From Eimeria praecox (Eukaryota), in NCBI GenBank assembly GCA_963920595.1, contig OY986948.1, positions 4,278,001 through 4,342,000 on the forward strand: a DNA stretch of 64,000 nucleotides, written 5' to 3'. The position numbers and the translations under genes were made by a program. Below the pieces are notes generated by a model. It was not told where the DNA came from and searched no databases. It was given only the letters and a program-made list of their open reading frames with translations. Positions 39,501 through 51,455 of the stretch are shown here, one piece after another; position 1 is the stretch's first letter, and every line of letters begins with the position of its first letter.

Positions 39501-40020
39501 TGACTGTAGGGCTGCCCAGCAGCACTAGCTGCAGCAGGGTGCACTGCAGCCCTTGATACGTTTGTCCCTCTCCCCGTGTGTTCAGACCCTTGGGCCGCTG
39601 TGCCCAGGGCCCGGGGAGGCTAGAGGTGAGGGGGTATGTTTTGGGCGGACGCTTTTGTTAGGCCTTTGACTCAGTTGCATCTCGTGAATACCCTCCACTA
39701 AGACCGATAACTCCCGTCACACACCATAACACTCCAGGCACACACGGCGCTGTGTCCAGGAGGCCTGGATGCTAAGGGGAGGGCCACCTGTGTTTGGGAA
39801 CACGTTTCTTCAAGTGTTTGACTATGGTGCAGCTCATGACTGTCCTCAGTGAAGATGGAGGACTCACGTTATACCATGAGTTGCAACAGGCCTTGCTTGC
39901 TGCAGCTCACACTATAGCGCAACCCCACATGCGAGCATAATCAAGACCGCTTTGCTGCATGCGCTAATAAGGTAGGCGATTGTTAAACACCCACTTGGCC
40001 CTCAGTAGCTAGTCTGCATG
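36520..40020 (+). mobile_element. Degenerate Ty3/gypsy chromovirus-type retrotransposon (integrase + chromodomain at ~37400-38470, flanked by LTR-like repeats)
   Basis: ECQQQKQRNTLKRGLLQSLP, DFIM..LERLSKHA..KLFINHVRKLHDSPNRII..TTANHPEADGQTE..YSAAVHSSTGCSP, FNLGELVLV..KLATRWEEPF..LAYILNL (GPY/F module), then ISAILDTR..KREFCIRWSGNRKHECISENSL (chromodomain). Collinear by eye with the 19-22.7 kb element, including the downstream non-coding region. Confidence 0.88.
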
Positions 40021-40687
40021 CAAGAAGAAATATACATACCGACTTCAGACAGGCCATGCTACCGAGCATGAGGGAATATAGTTGCGATATCCTACCAACA
40101 GCTGTCTTGGAATACGAAATCATTTTTCTTGAAATATCTCTAGTACAGAAAGGCTCAATTACTCCTAAATTTAACGATTAAGAGGAAGAAAAGAGTGATC
40201 TAGCTCTACCTCCGAAGTAGGGGTCAAGGCTACGGCGGCGGGAGTGTTCTGGGTGTGAGTCGACCGGGGGACGAGGAGCACCACGCAAGGCTATGCAGCA
40301 ACCTGTGCATGAGAAACCCCCTCATAACCCTTATTTTGCAAACTCAAATCTTAATTAGGAGTAATTAATCTTTGTTATTTTCCTCTTCAGAGCATACCAT
40401 TCCTTGCTAATCTTGGAGAATCGGGTGCGGGGCCGATTGTGCCCCAGCTCCCCACTGAAACTGTTTTGAGCGCAAGGGCTGCAGCCCTTAGCACGAGTCC
40501 TTTTCAACTATACACTGAGTTGTATTTTGATATTTATTATTTGAACAGCCGAAGAGAACCCGGGGATCCCTCATGAGGGCCCAACCCCTTCCTCGCCTTT
40601 CTAGCCAAGGGTTCCTAGGCTAACGGGTTGGGGTCCCTAGTAGCATCGCCTCCTACTACGATACCCTCAGCCCTGTGTGCTCTAACT

Positions 40688-43653
40688 ATGAGGTGTTTTC
40701 TGCTACTTGCTGCAGGGGTGGCTCTCCTGGATTGTTCCTCGGCTGTACAGCCACCTCAAAATGCTCGTGGCGAAGGCCGCCCTGTCGCAGCGCCGGCAGC
40801 CGCAACACCACGAACAGTGTTACCAGCGGCAGCCATAATTAATCCTTCGCGGGCGCTGCATAGGCTCCTTGCTCAGGTGGCCGCCCTAGAGGAAGGGAGC
40901 TCTGAGGACCCTTCCCCTACAGCGTCTGCTTCTGTTCCATCTCAGGGTTCCCGCACACCACCCGATAGCGCCGTGGCCCCTGCGGAGACCTCCTCCTCTA
41001 CTCAGACTTCGAGCCTTCCTCCTGTTAACGAGAACCCCCCTCAAGCTAATGGTTCACGCTCAGCCCTGGAGGAAATGCTAGCCCAGGCAGCCGCCGTGCA
41101 CGGCGGCTCTGCCGAATCAAAGAGCCCGAAAGACTCAGGGAGCAGACGGAAGCGGCAACATCGGAGAAAGGCCCTCCAGCTGCCGATTCCTCCACCACCT
41201 CCAAGTGATCCTCTCCTCCCGCGTTCCCCAAAGGATGATGTAGAAATATCTATGTCCCTTGACGACATATTTAATCAAATATCGAAGGTCTCTCTTTTCT
41301 CGCGAAGCACAGAATCGAAAGTTCCTACAAGGCCTAGAAAGAAGAAATCTAAGAAACCTGCAGATAAGAAAAAACGCAGGTGGGTAACCTTAAAGAAAAC
41401 AGATAGCGATTCAGAAGACGATGATGCCCCCATCCTCGCTGTTCTGCCTAGGAAGCCGACCCTTCGAATGCCCCCTCAGATCCAAACCCCACCCTCTGAT
41501 CCTGCTGTGAAGAGAAACTCCTTACCAGAGGAGCCATCAACACCTCAAGCTGCTTTGCAGCAGCTGATTTACGACACAGCAGGTTCTATGGGGATAGGGA
41601 CCTTGGGTCCTCTTAAGGGTCCTTCTACAAAGGATGCCTCTGAGGCACCAGCACCCCCCGTAGAGGAGGCTCCTGTCTTGCCTGCAAAGGATTCGCGTGA
41701 TACTTTGGAGGATATGCTGCGACAGGCAAGTGCAACTATTGCTTCAGCCACACGTCGTAAGAAGGCTCACCGGGGGAACATTCGCCTGGGTAAGAAGAAC
41801 ACTCAGCTTCCCTCAAAAGGGGGGCGTCAGGGGAGCAAAACAGCAGAAGACGAAGAACCCATCCTCGCTGTGTTGCCTAGGAGGGCTTCAGTCCCTCAAT
41901 TACCTATATCCATTCAAGAGGACGTGGGGCCGGTACCAGACAATCTACTGCATCAAGCAGCCTCTCCACAGGAGACCTTGCAACAGATGTTGGCGAATTC
42001 TCTAGGGTTTTCTTCATGGGAAGAAGTGGGAGGAAACACAGAAACAGAGAAAGAGGTTAAGACCCAAGAAGATTCAAGTGAAGAAAATACTACACTGGTC
42101 ACTGACAGCGCTTCGGTGGCCTCAAGCCAGGACCTCATACAACAGCCTCTTCAAGGGCTGAGCTCTTCTGAAGGGGCATCAGGAGCTCAACCTACTGACA
42201 TTCTTGTAGAGAAGAGTCACGATCACGAAGAGGCATTAGCAAATTCAGAAACAGATAAACCAGAATCTACACTAACTTCAGGAACAGCAGCTGCTGCAGC
42301 GGCAGCGTGGGATATGGGACAAGCTATCATCGCTGCACGCAAGGCAGCAGAAGCCGCAAAGGCAGCTAGGGCTGCAGCCACATCAGCAAAAGGAATATCA
42401 GGTAAGCCTGCATGCAGCACTCGGAGGGGCTCCAGGGATGGTAGAGCCATTTGCTTATACCTGGAGGAACATACACCCGAGTTTCGCCTCAGATGCAGAC
42501 TGTTTGTAGGATTTGAAACGAAGGTTAACCAAGGTTTAAACACCATCTGTTATGTCTGTTGTTGGGGCTGTGCAGCACACCCGGGGACTCCGATCAGAGA
42601 GATGCCGGGATTTGAATTCGGTCGAAGGAGCGGCAGTGTGAAATGGGAAGATGAAGACTCCATGTCTGACGAAACGACAGAGTCCGAAGACTCCCACTCA
42701 GGGGAAGCAGGTCCTCCCGCTGGTGGTGGCTGGGAGCCCCCTTTGCGTATCCCTGATTCAGTAGAAGAGCTAAAGAGTTTCCCGCATTCACAGTGGCATC
42801 TAAGCACACAAGGTATGACTGGCCTTCCTGACGCATCCCAGCCAGTCGAAGCCCCGCCTTCTGCTTTTTTCCCCTCCCAAACACCTTTGATGATGGGATC
42901 AGTGGAAGGGACGCCGTCTTCTTCATCGGAGCAATACGAAGAAGATTCAGATTTTGGCAAGGACTCTCCGTGGGAAGAACCATCGGCCTTTGCTGCCCTG
43001 GACAAAGGGCTGCAAGAACGTCCTGCTGCAGATATTTCTATGGTGGGTTCTTCTTCAAGGGGGGGCAATCTATCGGCACAACAGGCTCCACAAGATCCCC
43101 CTACAGCCACACCGGAGCTGCCACGAATGGCATCACGCCCCCTCAAGGCTGGCGGCCAAGAAGAATTGAACATTCCACCAACACAGCGAAATGCAGCAAC
43201 AACAAATCAGGATAAGCAAGAGAAACGCTCTGTTCCGAAGGCTGGAGAGCCCCATAGCCCTAAAGGCGGCTCTACAGAGAAAGGAGGAGATGGGAACATA
43301 AGCAACTCGTTCACACTGTCAGGAGGTTGGGGGCCGGCAATTGTGTTTGGACTCATGGTGGGGGTTGGACTGTGCGTGGGACTCTGCATCTGGGTATACT
43401 CTCAATGTAAGCAGCGTCACGATAGATTTAACTTCTTAAAGACGAGAGCCTCTCTAGCTTATGCTCTGCCTGAAGGCGTGTCGTGCTTAGCATTTGAAGG
43501 AACAAACAAAAAAGTGAATGAGGTTGTCTGTGTGCATGCGACTCAGGCGCGAGGAGGAGTAAGAACAATGCAGCTAAAGCCGAGGAATGCTCAGCCACGG
43601 GCAGCAGCATCTGGGCAACATCGGCCGATCTGTCTATCAGGAGCTCAACCTGA
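40688..43653 (+). CDS. Type I membrane protein: signal peptide, Pro/Ser/acidic low-complexity ectodomain with internal repeats, single TM, short tail
   Basis: MRCFLLLAAGVALLDCSSA signal peptide; likely introns ~42402-42576 and ~43407-43546; TM WGPAIVFGLMVGVGLCVGLCIWVY; spliced tail CARRSKNNAAKAEECSATGSSIWATSADLSIRSST*. Confidence 0.75.
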
Positions 43654-44660
43654 GACAGGTCTGGTGTTCCTGAGCAATTGCGCAGGGAGACTTGTAGTGA
43701 AGCACTACTTGAAAACAACAGCCTTTGGCGGATGTGTACGTATAAAATATAAACATAAGCGTGTTTTTGTGTGCATACATCGGGTTTAGGTATAGAGCGA
43801 ACGTACCCGGCCATAGGTAAGTCTATGCACATGGCGATTGAGAAGATCCATGTACATATGTTTAGTGCTGCGACCAGCGGTTTGAAGATGGGGATTTCCC
43901 GTGTCTGTACACCAGCGGCGTGCGTGCTCTTGCATTACACTGCACACGTAGTGGGTAGATACGTTTCAATGGTTCCTCAAATACCCAACCGCACGTTTGC
44001 ACTCAGGCGCGAGTCGTAGAATAAGCTCAAAGGCCCTAGCTCGGAGGCCCTGCCGAATGCGAAGGCCAGCGGACATAGAGCCGCTTGTCTCCCAAGTTCC
44101 TTGTGGAGGCCCACTATACTTCATGTTTGCTGTGCTGAGGCTACTCACTACAATAGCTTGAATGGATGCCCGGGAACTTTTCAAAATCGGGTCGTACTAA
44201 GTTAAAAACAACCAGGTTGCTGAGCTACGTGCTCCTCATAATGCAGGTCCTTTCGGACTTGGCAAGAAACGCCTTGCAGTGTGCAGGGATTCTGCCTGTA
44301 TCTGCTCTTTCTTTTCCTGTTATTCTGCCTCTTGCACCCTGTAACTCCCTCCCCTCCCCCCCCCCCCTTTCCCCCCCCCCTTTTTGTGTGGCCTCAATTT
44401 TCAAACCATTCGCCTCAATAGCCATTGACGGCCAGCAGGCCATATTGCTAGTTTGTAGCCAGCCAGAAGAAGTCTGTTGTAGGAACAAAGGTAGAAAGGA
44501 CCTTCCGCTATGCCAAAACACACCTAGCGGCATCATGCCACGGTGCACTTAGGGGGCTTCCCACACACGTGCCCCTCACGATGTCGAGGCCGCAGGGGCC
44601 CACAAGATGTGTCCCAAAGACCCTCATAGAAAGGGGGTCCCTTGTCGCTTTTCAATGTTT

Positions 44661-47600
44661 TCAACGCTGTGGCCACGCGGCAGGCTGCTGCGGTTGCAGC
44701 TGCTGCAATTGCTGTTGTGGCTGCTGTAGTTGATGCAGCTGCTGCAGAAGCTGAGCAGTGGGAACAGCCACAGAAGGCTGTTGGCCTGCCATCTGTAGCT
44801 GCTGCTGCTGCCTCTGTAGAAGAAGCTGTTGCTGCAGAAGCTGCTGCTGCAACTGCTGCGGCTGCTGCTGCAACAGTAGCTGGGGGTGCTGTTGTTGAAA
44901 CATCTGAAGGGGCGGTAACGAAGCTCCTGTACTCGAAGAGGCAGCGGCAGCAGCATTCTGTTGCGCCTGCTGTTGTTGCTGTAGGACCTGCTGTTTTGCT
45001 GCATCCATGACTTGGTGCTGCTGCAACTGCTGGTGCTGCAGCTGTTGCTGCAGCACATTCAGCTGTCTATTCTGACGCAGCAGCTGCTGCTGTTGTTGAG
45101 CAAGGCCTGCAATAGGACCGGTGATGGGGCCCGGAAGGGCCCCAATGGTCGGCCCTTGAAGCGAGGGTCCAGCCATAGGAGGAACTGGGCGTCGAAGGCG
45201 CTGCTGTTGCAGCTGTTGCTGTTGCAGCTGCTGCTGTTGCAGCTGTTGCTGTTGCAGTAGGTGTGCGCTTGCAACACCCTGCTGCTGCTGAAGCAACAAC
45301 TGCTGTTGCATCTGGTGCTGCAGCTGTTGTTTCTGCTGCGGCGTGCTCAACAGCAAATCATACAAGACATCAAAATGTGCAGGAAAGGTTCTGGTGGGTG
45401 CCCCTGACGTCCCTGCTACTGGTGCTGCTGGGGCTGTTCTCTCTGTTTGCTGCAGCAGTGTTGCATCAGGTTGAGCCCCTGCAGCAGCATCTTCGGATGG
45501 TTTGACTGCAGCAGCAGGCCCAGCAGCAGCAGTAGTTGCTGCTGCTGGCGTTCCCTCTGTCTCGGCTGTATCGGTCTTCAGGCGCTTCAATGGGGGCCCC
45601 CGCGACGCTGGAGACGTGAGGGGCCCCTCCTCTCCTGCTGTCCTTTGACTCACACTCCCCAATGTCGTTCCTCCTGCTTGTGCTGCTGCTGCTGCTGCTT
45701 TTGTTGCTGCTTGCAAGAGACGTAGCCGCATTTGCTGCTGCTCTTGGGCAAATACAGCAGCAGCTACAGGGTTGCTGGTGCTTGTAATTCTGTTGTTACC
45801 ACACAGCGCAAGGAGGACATCCGTACAAATATTGGGGGATCCAGCAACTGGACGGCTTGCTGCACCAGCAGGGGCCCCCAGTACACCCCCAGGGGTCGTA
45901 GAAGGGGCCCCTGGAGGCGGAAGTTTCGATAGGGTTCTAGCTGAGAGGACATGAGCTTCTCCAACACCTAGCAAAAGAGATTGATCAAATCTTAAACGCG
46001 AATTAAACTCTGAAAAGTCAGGTGTATCGATACCTGTACAAAGAAAACACAGGAAACTCGTACTCACAGCCTCCATATTCAAAAACATGAAATCTACCCC
46101 AGTAGACCCGCCCTTGGCTCTAAACCCCTAACCCTAAAACCCCTCACCCATGTGAAACAATTGTTAAACCCCAAACCCTAAACCCCCCAAACCCTAAACC
46201 CTAAACCCTAAATCCTAAACCCTCAGCTCAGCCCCAAGCTTTAAACCCCAAACCCTAAACCCTCACCAAAGAGTCTAATATCTGTAAGGGGAGCCTTTGG
46301 TGGTTCTTTCTGTTTCAGCCGTCGTACAGTCAATCGCAGCTGGGGGCAGTCTGCCTCTAATCGTTGAAGGGCCTCTGCCCCTAGGAAATCAGAAATGCTG
46401 CAGTCAAAACATATCAAAACATATATATATTTTTAAATATTCACGTTATTTTGAAAGAATCCCAGCTTCCCCTGTTCGATTTTCAGTATATATCTTGTTA
46501 ACTGCTCGTCATACCTCGCGTTATACGAGAGGTTACGCCCTTGATATCGCCTCATCTGACGAGAACCTGGATGAGGGGGTAAAGGATATTCTAAGACATT
46601 AAAACCCTTGCTTCCGCTTGGACAGGAAGACCCCAGAGATCCCTCTGTTGCTGCATCTGCTGCTGCAGCACGTTCTGCTGCTTCAGCTTCTAGAGCAGCA
46701 TCGGGAAGCATGAAGGAAAACCAGAAGAAGGGATCTGTCAAGGGGTTGCTGCTAACAACAGCTGAGCACACAACACAAAGAAAGTTAGAAAACACTTTCA
46801 ATTCTACAGTTTGTATATTTTATACAAGTCAAAAGTGCAGCACATTCATGTCATCTTCTTAGGTGCATTCAGAATCAAGAAAATGGTATAATATGATTTT
46901 ATTTAAATAAGATTAAACGTAAACGGACAGTGAGAAGAAGCTTCTTCTGCAGGCTGAGTTTGCTGGGATTCCGGTGCTTCTGTCCCCGTATTCTGAGGTT
47001 GCAGCAGCCCCAAAGCCGCTGCCGCTCGAGCATTAGAGGCAGAACGCATCAAGAGAGAAGCCACAAGCCTCTGTCTAGGCCATACATTTTCAAACTCGGG
47101 CACTTCTTCAGCGTCTATGCCTCGTACTGAAGAAACCATCACACAATCGCATGCATACACCCCAGCCCCTAAGATATAGCTTTCCAAAAAATACTATTCT
47201 AAAGCTGTCACAACATGAATATGCACATATCTCAAGAGCTTCTATCTACACACCAAAGTTTATACAGCACATACAGGCCACAAGGAAATTACACACCTGT
47301 ATCCCCTCCTTGCTGTTCTGATACTGCGTCCTTCTCGGCTGCTTGATCCTCGGGTCTATCAACAACAGCAGCAGCAACATGTTTCTCCTCTTTTCCCTCT
47401 GCTGCTGCTGCAGCAGCAGCAGCAGCAGCAGCATCCGCCTGCTGTGCAGCTACAAACTTGGCCCTGAAACGCTCCCGGAACTTATCCCAGCACGCCTCCA
47501 CCAAGGCAGCAGCACGACAGAATGGGGTGTCGGGGTGATTGTACAGTCGACAGTTTGAAACGATAAGTGCGATGTCGCTATCAAACTCAGAAAACTCTGA

Positions 47601-48550
47601 ATTAAACACACACATATCACATTAATATAGCTAGGAACTATAAAATATACAAGGAGAGAGGGGATTCCAGATCTGCATCACCACTTGCCACCAGCACGTA
47701 CACCGGGCTTAATTTAACAACTCACAAACCTGAAACACCAACTAAACCCTGGAAACGAAACACAAGATAAAGTATACTCCGAATCATACTAGCTGTCCAT
47801 ACACCTCAACAGAACACACACGTCGACGACCTCCATTCAAACGTCTGAGCCTTTCGCAGCTCTTCAGTATCTAACCTTGATAAATGCCATTCTCTATCTT
47901 CTCCCTCATGGCTTCAAAATGCATAGGATTCGTCACAACTAAATGATAGTCAGGAACCAGCTTGCTGTCTACAGCAACAGCGAAAAACTGTTTCTTATCC
48001 TTCTTCTTTATTCGCATGAGGGCCTCCAACAACACCTGACGCGATCGAGAACTACCAGGGCCCCCCCCAACACTCTCTGGGCCCCCAGGGGGCCCCGTTA
48101 CACCCGAATCCGAGCCAACACCCCAAGATAAACCGCTACGAGGGGCATCAGCTGAACTGCGGGTTACAGGGGCTGCTCCAGGCAATCCTGAGAAGAACAA
48201 ACACAAAAAAATATTCCTCTCATAATACCTCTCAAGCCCTCATTCAATCGATTCAGACAGACTTCAAGAAACACAGTCTAAGGACCTAACTTACGCCTCC
48301 TTTGCTGCAGCATAGCAGCCCTTGCTGCTGCTGCAGCTCTTGTAGAAGGAGCATCGGCAGTACCCGCAGGCCATCGTCGTGATCCCCCTCCCGTCGGGGG
48401 CCCCCGCCTTGTCGAGGTTCTGCTGCGTGCCGCTGCAGATGGGGGCCCCCTCCCCAGCACAGGCCACGGGCTACCAAGACCCGAAGGGGCGGGGGGAGGC
48501 CCCTTGAGCCCGACACCACCAAGGGTGTTGCTGTTCCCCTCGAAAGCCAT
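44661..48550 (-). CDS. Bromodomain-containing protein with polyQ C-terminus
   Basis: Exons 48187-47876 and 47596-47297 give LLEALMRIKKKDKKQFFAVAVDSKLVPDYHLVVTNPMHFEAMREKIENGIYQ|EFSEFDSDIALIVSNCRLYNHPDTPFCRAAALV, with the PDY..PM motif and the acetyl-lysine-binding Asn (YN). ATG at 48550; Gln-rich last exon ends at 44661. Confidence 0.88.
46119..46263 (+). repeat. Interstitial telomere-like (AAACCCT)n, degenerate, intronic
   Basis: Visible heptamer runs in the last intron of the bromodomain gene. Confidence 0.85.
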
Positions 48551-49872
48551 CGATACAGCAGAGGCCCTGGGGCCCTGGGGGCCCGCCTCCCCCAAAAGAA
48601 GTCCTACTCAGAGTCGGAGCGCAAACAATGTTCGTTGTAGTTGGGGTTCGAACTTGTTTATTTTTTTTACGGTTTATGTCGTGCAGCAAGGAAACTCGTT
48701 CCGAAACAGTTCTCAAGGTCCCTCCAATCAGCTGAAAGAAACCTAGAGAAAGACAAATCAATAGATTGAATAATGTACCCTACTCGGTATCATAGCCCCT
48801 GCTCCCTGTAGCCGCTGTGCTGCAGCAGCAGCTGCTGCTGCTGCTGCTGGTGTTCGCCTTGCCTCTGTTGCATGCAGCAAGGCTAGGCCATATCTGCCTT
48901 ATTCCATCCATACATATACAGTAAGCGATGAAAGCAGCTACGACTCCTCCTGCTGCTTTCGAAACCGCCGGTGTTTTCCCCCGCTACCGCAGAGCAGGAT
49001 CGGACATCATCACGAGGGTCCTCCTGATCCTTAGACCCTGATCTCTAAACCCTAATATCAAAACCCTAAAACCAAGGCTAATTATACATCGAAAACCACA
49101 GCCGAAAAGTATACCTACGGGGCCCCCCCCTTGTATTGCTTCGGGGCTGTTGGTTGCAGCGGCGTGCAACCGTCGCTGGGGGGCCCCTGGTATAGGCAGA
49201 CAGACAGAACAACGTAATATATTTGTTTGAATTATGGCCTGATCTCTATGAAAGCCTGTTATTTATGGATTTAGATATAAATCGATCAAACATATTCCTT
49301 AAAACCCAAGATTTGACCTCAAGTGTCTTCGGGTTTCTGTTTGGCTGGTAGCGGTGTGTGACGCGCGAGCCGTGTGCAGCGTTATTGAGGTGTACGTTCA
49401 TCTATTATGATATTTGATCTTAATTAGAAAACTCATATACAGTTATTTTGACTTTGTGCACTATTCTTCTGACGCATACTTAAGAGCAACTGACAGGAAC
49501 GCTACCCTCCATCGGTGCGGTCTTAGAGGGCTAGCGAGCGAAGTTTAAGTTTATGCACAGAATCAAGGAAGAAGTATTTGTAGGTTATTTTGCTTCTTTT
49601 CGATCTATTTATCCTCCTTCTTTACAAACACGTGTCCCCCAGACAGCACCAGGGGCCCCCTGAGAGCCAGGGGGCTCCCACCCAGCCTCCTCCTGTCGTC
49701 TCGTGCTGAAGAGGCAGCTGTTACCTGCGTCAGCAGCAGCCGGTGCAGCAGTTGCAGCACACGTAGTCTCGTAAGCAACTGCAGCAGTCGCAGCAGACGC
49801 AGCTGTATCAGCAGCAGCAAACGCAGGTGCGACAGCAGCCACTACAGCAGGAGCAACGGCATACACTCAAGA

Positions 49873-51357
49873 ATGCTTGACTTGGAGGCCCCATTGAGTC
49901 CGAAGGTACCCCTCGTTTCCCCAGCAGCCTCTCGAGAGACTTCTCGAGAGAACAGGGGGCCCCCATTCTCCTTCTCTGCATCCCCGCAAGAGGAGCAACT
50001 GGCACCAGACCAGCAGCAGCAGACACCGCTGCAGCTGCCTCTGCCGCCGCAGCAAGAGCAGCAGCAGCAGCAACAACAACAACAAGAATATGAAGAGGTT
50101 GAAGGCGGTCTGCAGTATCAACATGAAGCTGTAGATGTTGATCTACCCCCAGGATCTGAACAGGCTGTACCTCGAGCTCCTTATCCTCGTCCCTATGACT
50201 CTGCTTGGAGGTTGGCTTTCTTATTATTTGTTGCTGCGGGGCCATTCCTTGGTATGTTATTATTTATAAGTCTTCTAAAGAATGTAGGGGCTGCAATGTT
50301 ATTTATGCATTGGTTTTGTATGGTCTTGGCTCCTGCGGTGTATATACAGTTCGCTAGTGATGGCTGGGCATATTGTAAACATGTTTATATGTGTCAGGGC
50401 CCCGGAGGAGGTAGATGGAGGAGACAGGGGCCCTGGGCATTTGCAGCATTGATAGGAGGAGCAGGTGTAGTATATGTAGGTTTCAAGTTTTTATGGTTTG
50501 CTGTTCGTGCTGCTGGAGGGGGGGATATGTTAGGGGATATGCAACAGCGTTTAATAGAAACAGGAATGGGGGGCCCTCTTTGGATTTCTGTACTTCTATC
50601 AATATATTTTATTACTGTTAATCCTATTATAGAAGAATTATTCTGGCGTGTGTTTTTATATAGAGAATTAGGAGCAGGGATGTTTGGATCAGCTGCTGCA
50701 GGGTTATTGTATGTTAAGGAGGCACAACCTCTTGTTTATAAGATGCATCAAGCTTGGAGGATTGTTGCAGGGGGCCCCCTATCTTTAAGACACCATAATA
50801 CTGGGGGGGCCCCCAGGGGGCCCCCCAATATTCAAGATCATGAAGCCCTTGTTCCCTGTCCTCCTCAACACCCTAAAAATATAAAAACAAAATTTGATGG
50901 AGATACAGATGTTGCTATGACAGCAGAAGAAACACCCTACACTCTAAGCAGCGCGGAAGCAGCAGCAGCAGCACCAGCAGCAGCAGCAGCAGCACCAACA
51001 GCAGCAGCAGCAGGACAGTCAGAAGCACCAGCAGCAGCAGCAGCAGCAGCAGTATCAGGAGGCCTCGAAGGTAGCAGCAACAACACCCGAAGCATAGCTT
51101 ACTACGATCTCAAGGTCCCTCTAACTGGTTTACTTGCTTTAGCTGCAGCATATGGCAGCTATCATATGGTTGTTATACATTCATTAATGGGAGCAGCGTA
51201 TGTTGTGCCTGCTTTTATTGCTATATCCTTCTTAGGGGCTGTATTACTCTACCTTAGAAACAAAGAACGATTCGGTCTGCTCACAGCAACGGGGCTGCAT
51301 GCAGGGGTTGATGTAGGGGTTGTCCTTGTATTAGGAGAAGCTCTTCGTATTATATAG
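49873..51357 (+). CDS. CPBP-family (type II CAAX protease/Abi-like) intramembrane protease, intronless, 494 aa
   Basis: Multiple TM helices. Motif 1 is NPIIEELFWRVFLY (EExxxR), motif 2 is AYGSYH and the terminal motif is LHAGVD (HxxxN/D). Confidence 0.82.
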   Translation: MLDLEAPLSPKVPLVSPAASRETSRENRGPPFSFSASPQEEQLAPDQQQQTPLQLPLPPQQEQQQQQQQQQEYEEVEGGLQYQHEAVDVDLPPGSEQAVPRAPYPRPYDSAWRLAFLLFVAAGPFLGMLLFISLLKNVGAAMLFMHWFCMVLAPAVYIQFASDGWAYCKHVYMCQGPGGGRWRRQGPWAFAALIGGAGVVYVGFKFLWFAVRAAGGGDMLGDMQQRLIETGMGGPLWISVLLSIYFITVNPIIEELFWRVFLYRELGAGMFGSAAAGLLYVKEAQPLVYKMHQAWRIVAGGPLSLRHHNTGGAPRGPPNIQDHEALVPCPPQHPKNIKTKFDGDTDVAMTAEETPYTLSSAEAAAAAPAAAAAAPTAAAAGQSEAPAAAAAAAVSGGLEGSSNNTRSIAYYDLKVPLTGLLALAAAYGSYHMVVIHSLMGAAYVVPAFIAISFLGAVLLYLRNKERFGLLTATGLHAGVDVGVVLVLGEALRII

Positions 51358-51416
51358 GCTTTAATTGTATTAGAAATGGGGCCCTACACAACCAGAAGGC
51401 TGAGGCCCCCTACCCC

Positions 51417-51455
51417 CAAACCCTAAACCCTAAACCCTAAACCCCAAACCCTAAA
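51417..51455 (+). repeat. (AAACCCT)n telomere-like array
   Basis: Visible heptamer run just downstream of the CPBP stop codon. Confidence 0.9.

Noticed and set aside
40628..43789. Single-exon 1053-aa ORF as listed in the ORF track
   Set aside because: It starts at a non-ATG codon and reads through two probable introns; replaced by the spliced model 40688-43653.
44642..45725. Plus-strand polyAla/Leu/Cys ORFs
   Set aside because: These are antisense shadows of the CAG-rich bromodomain exon.
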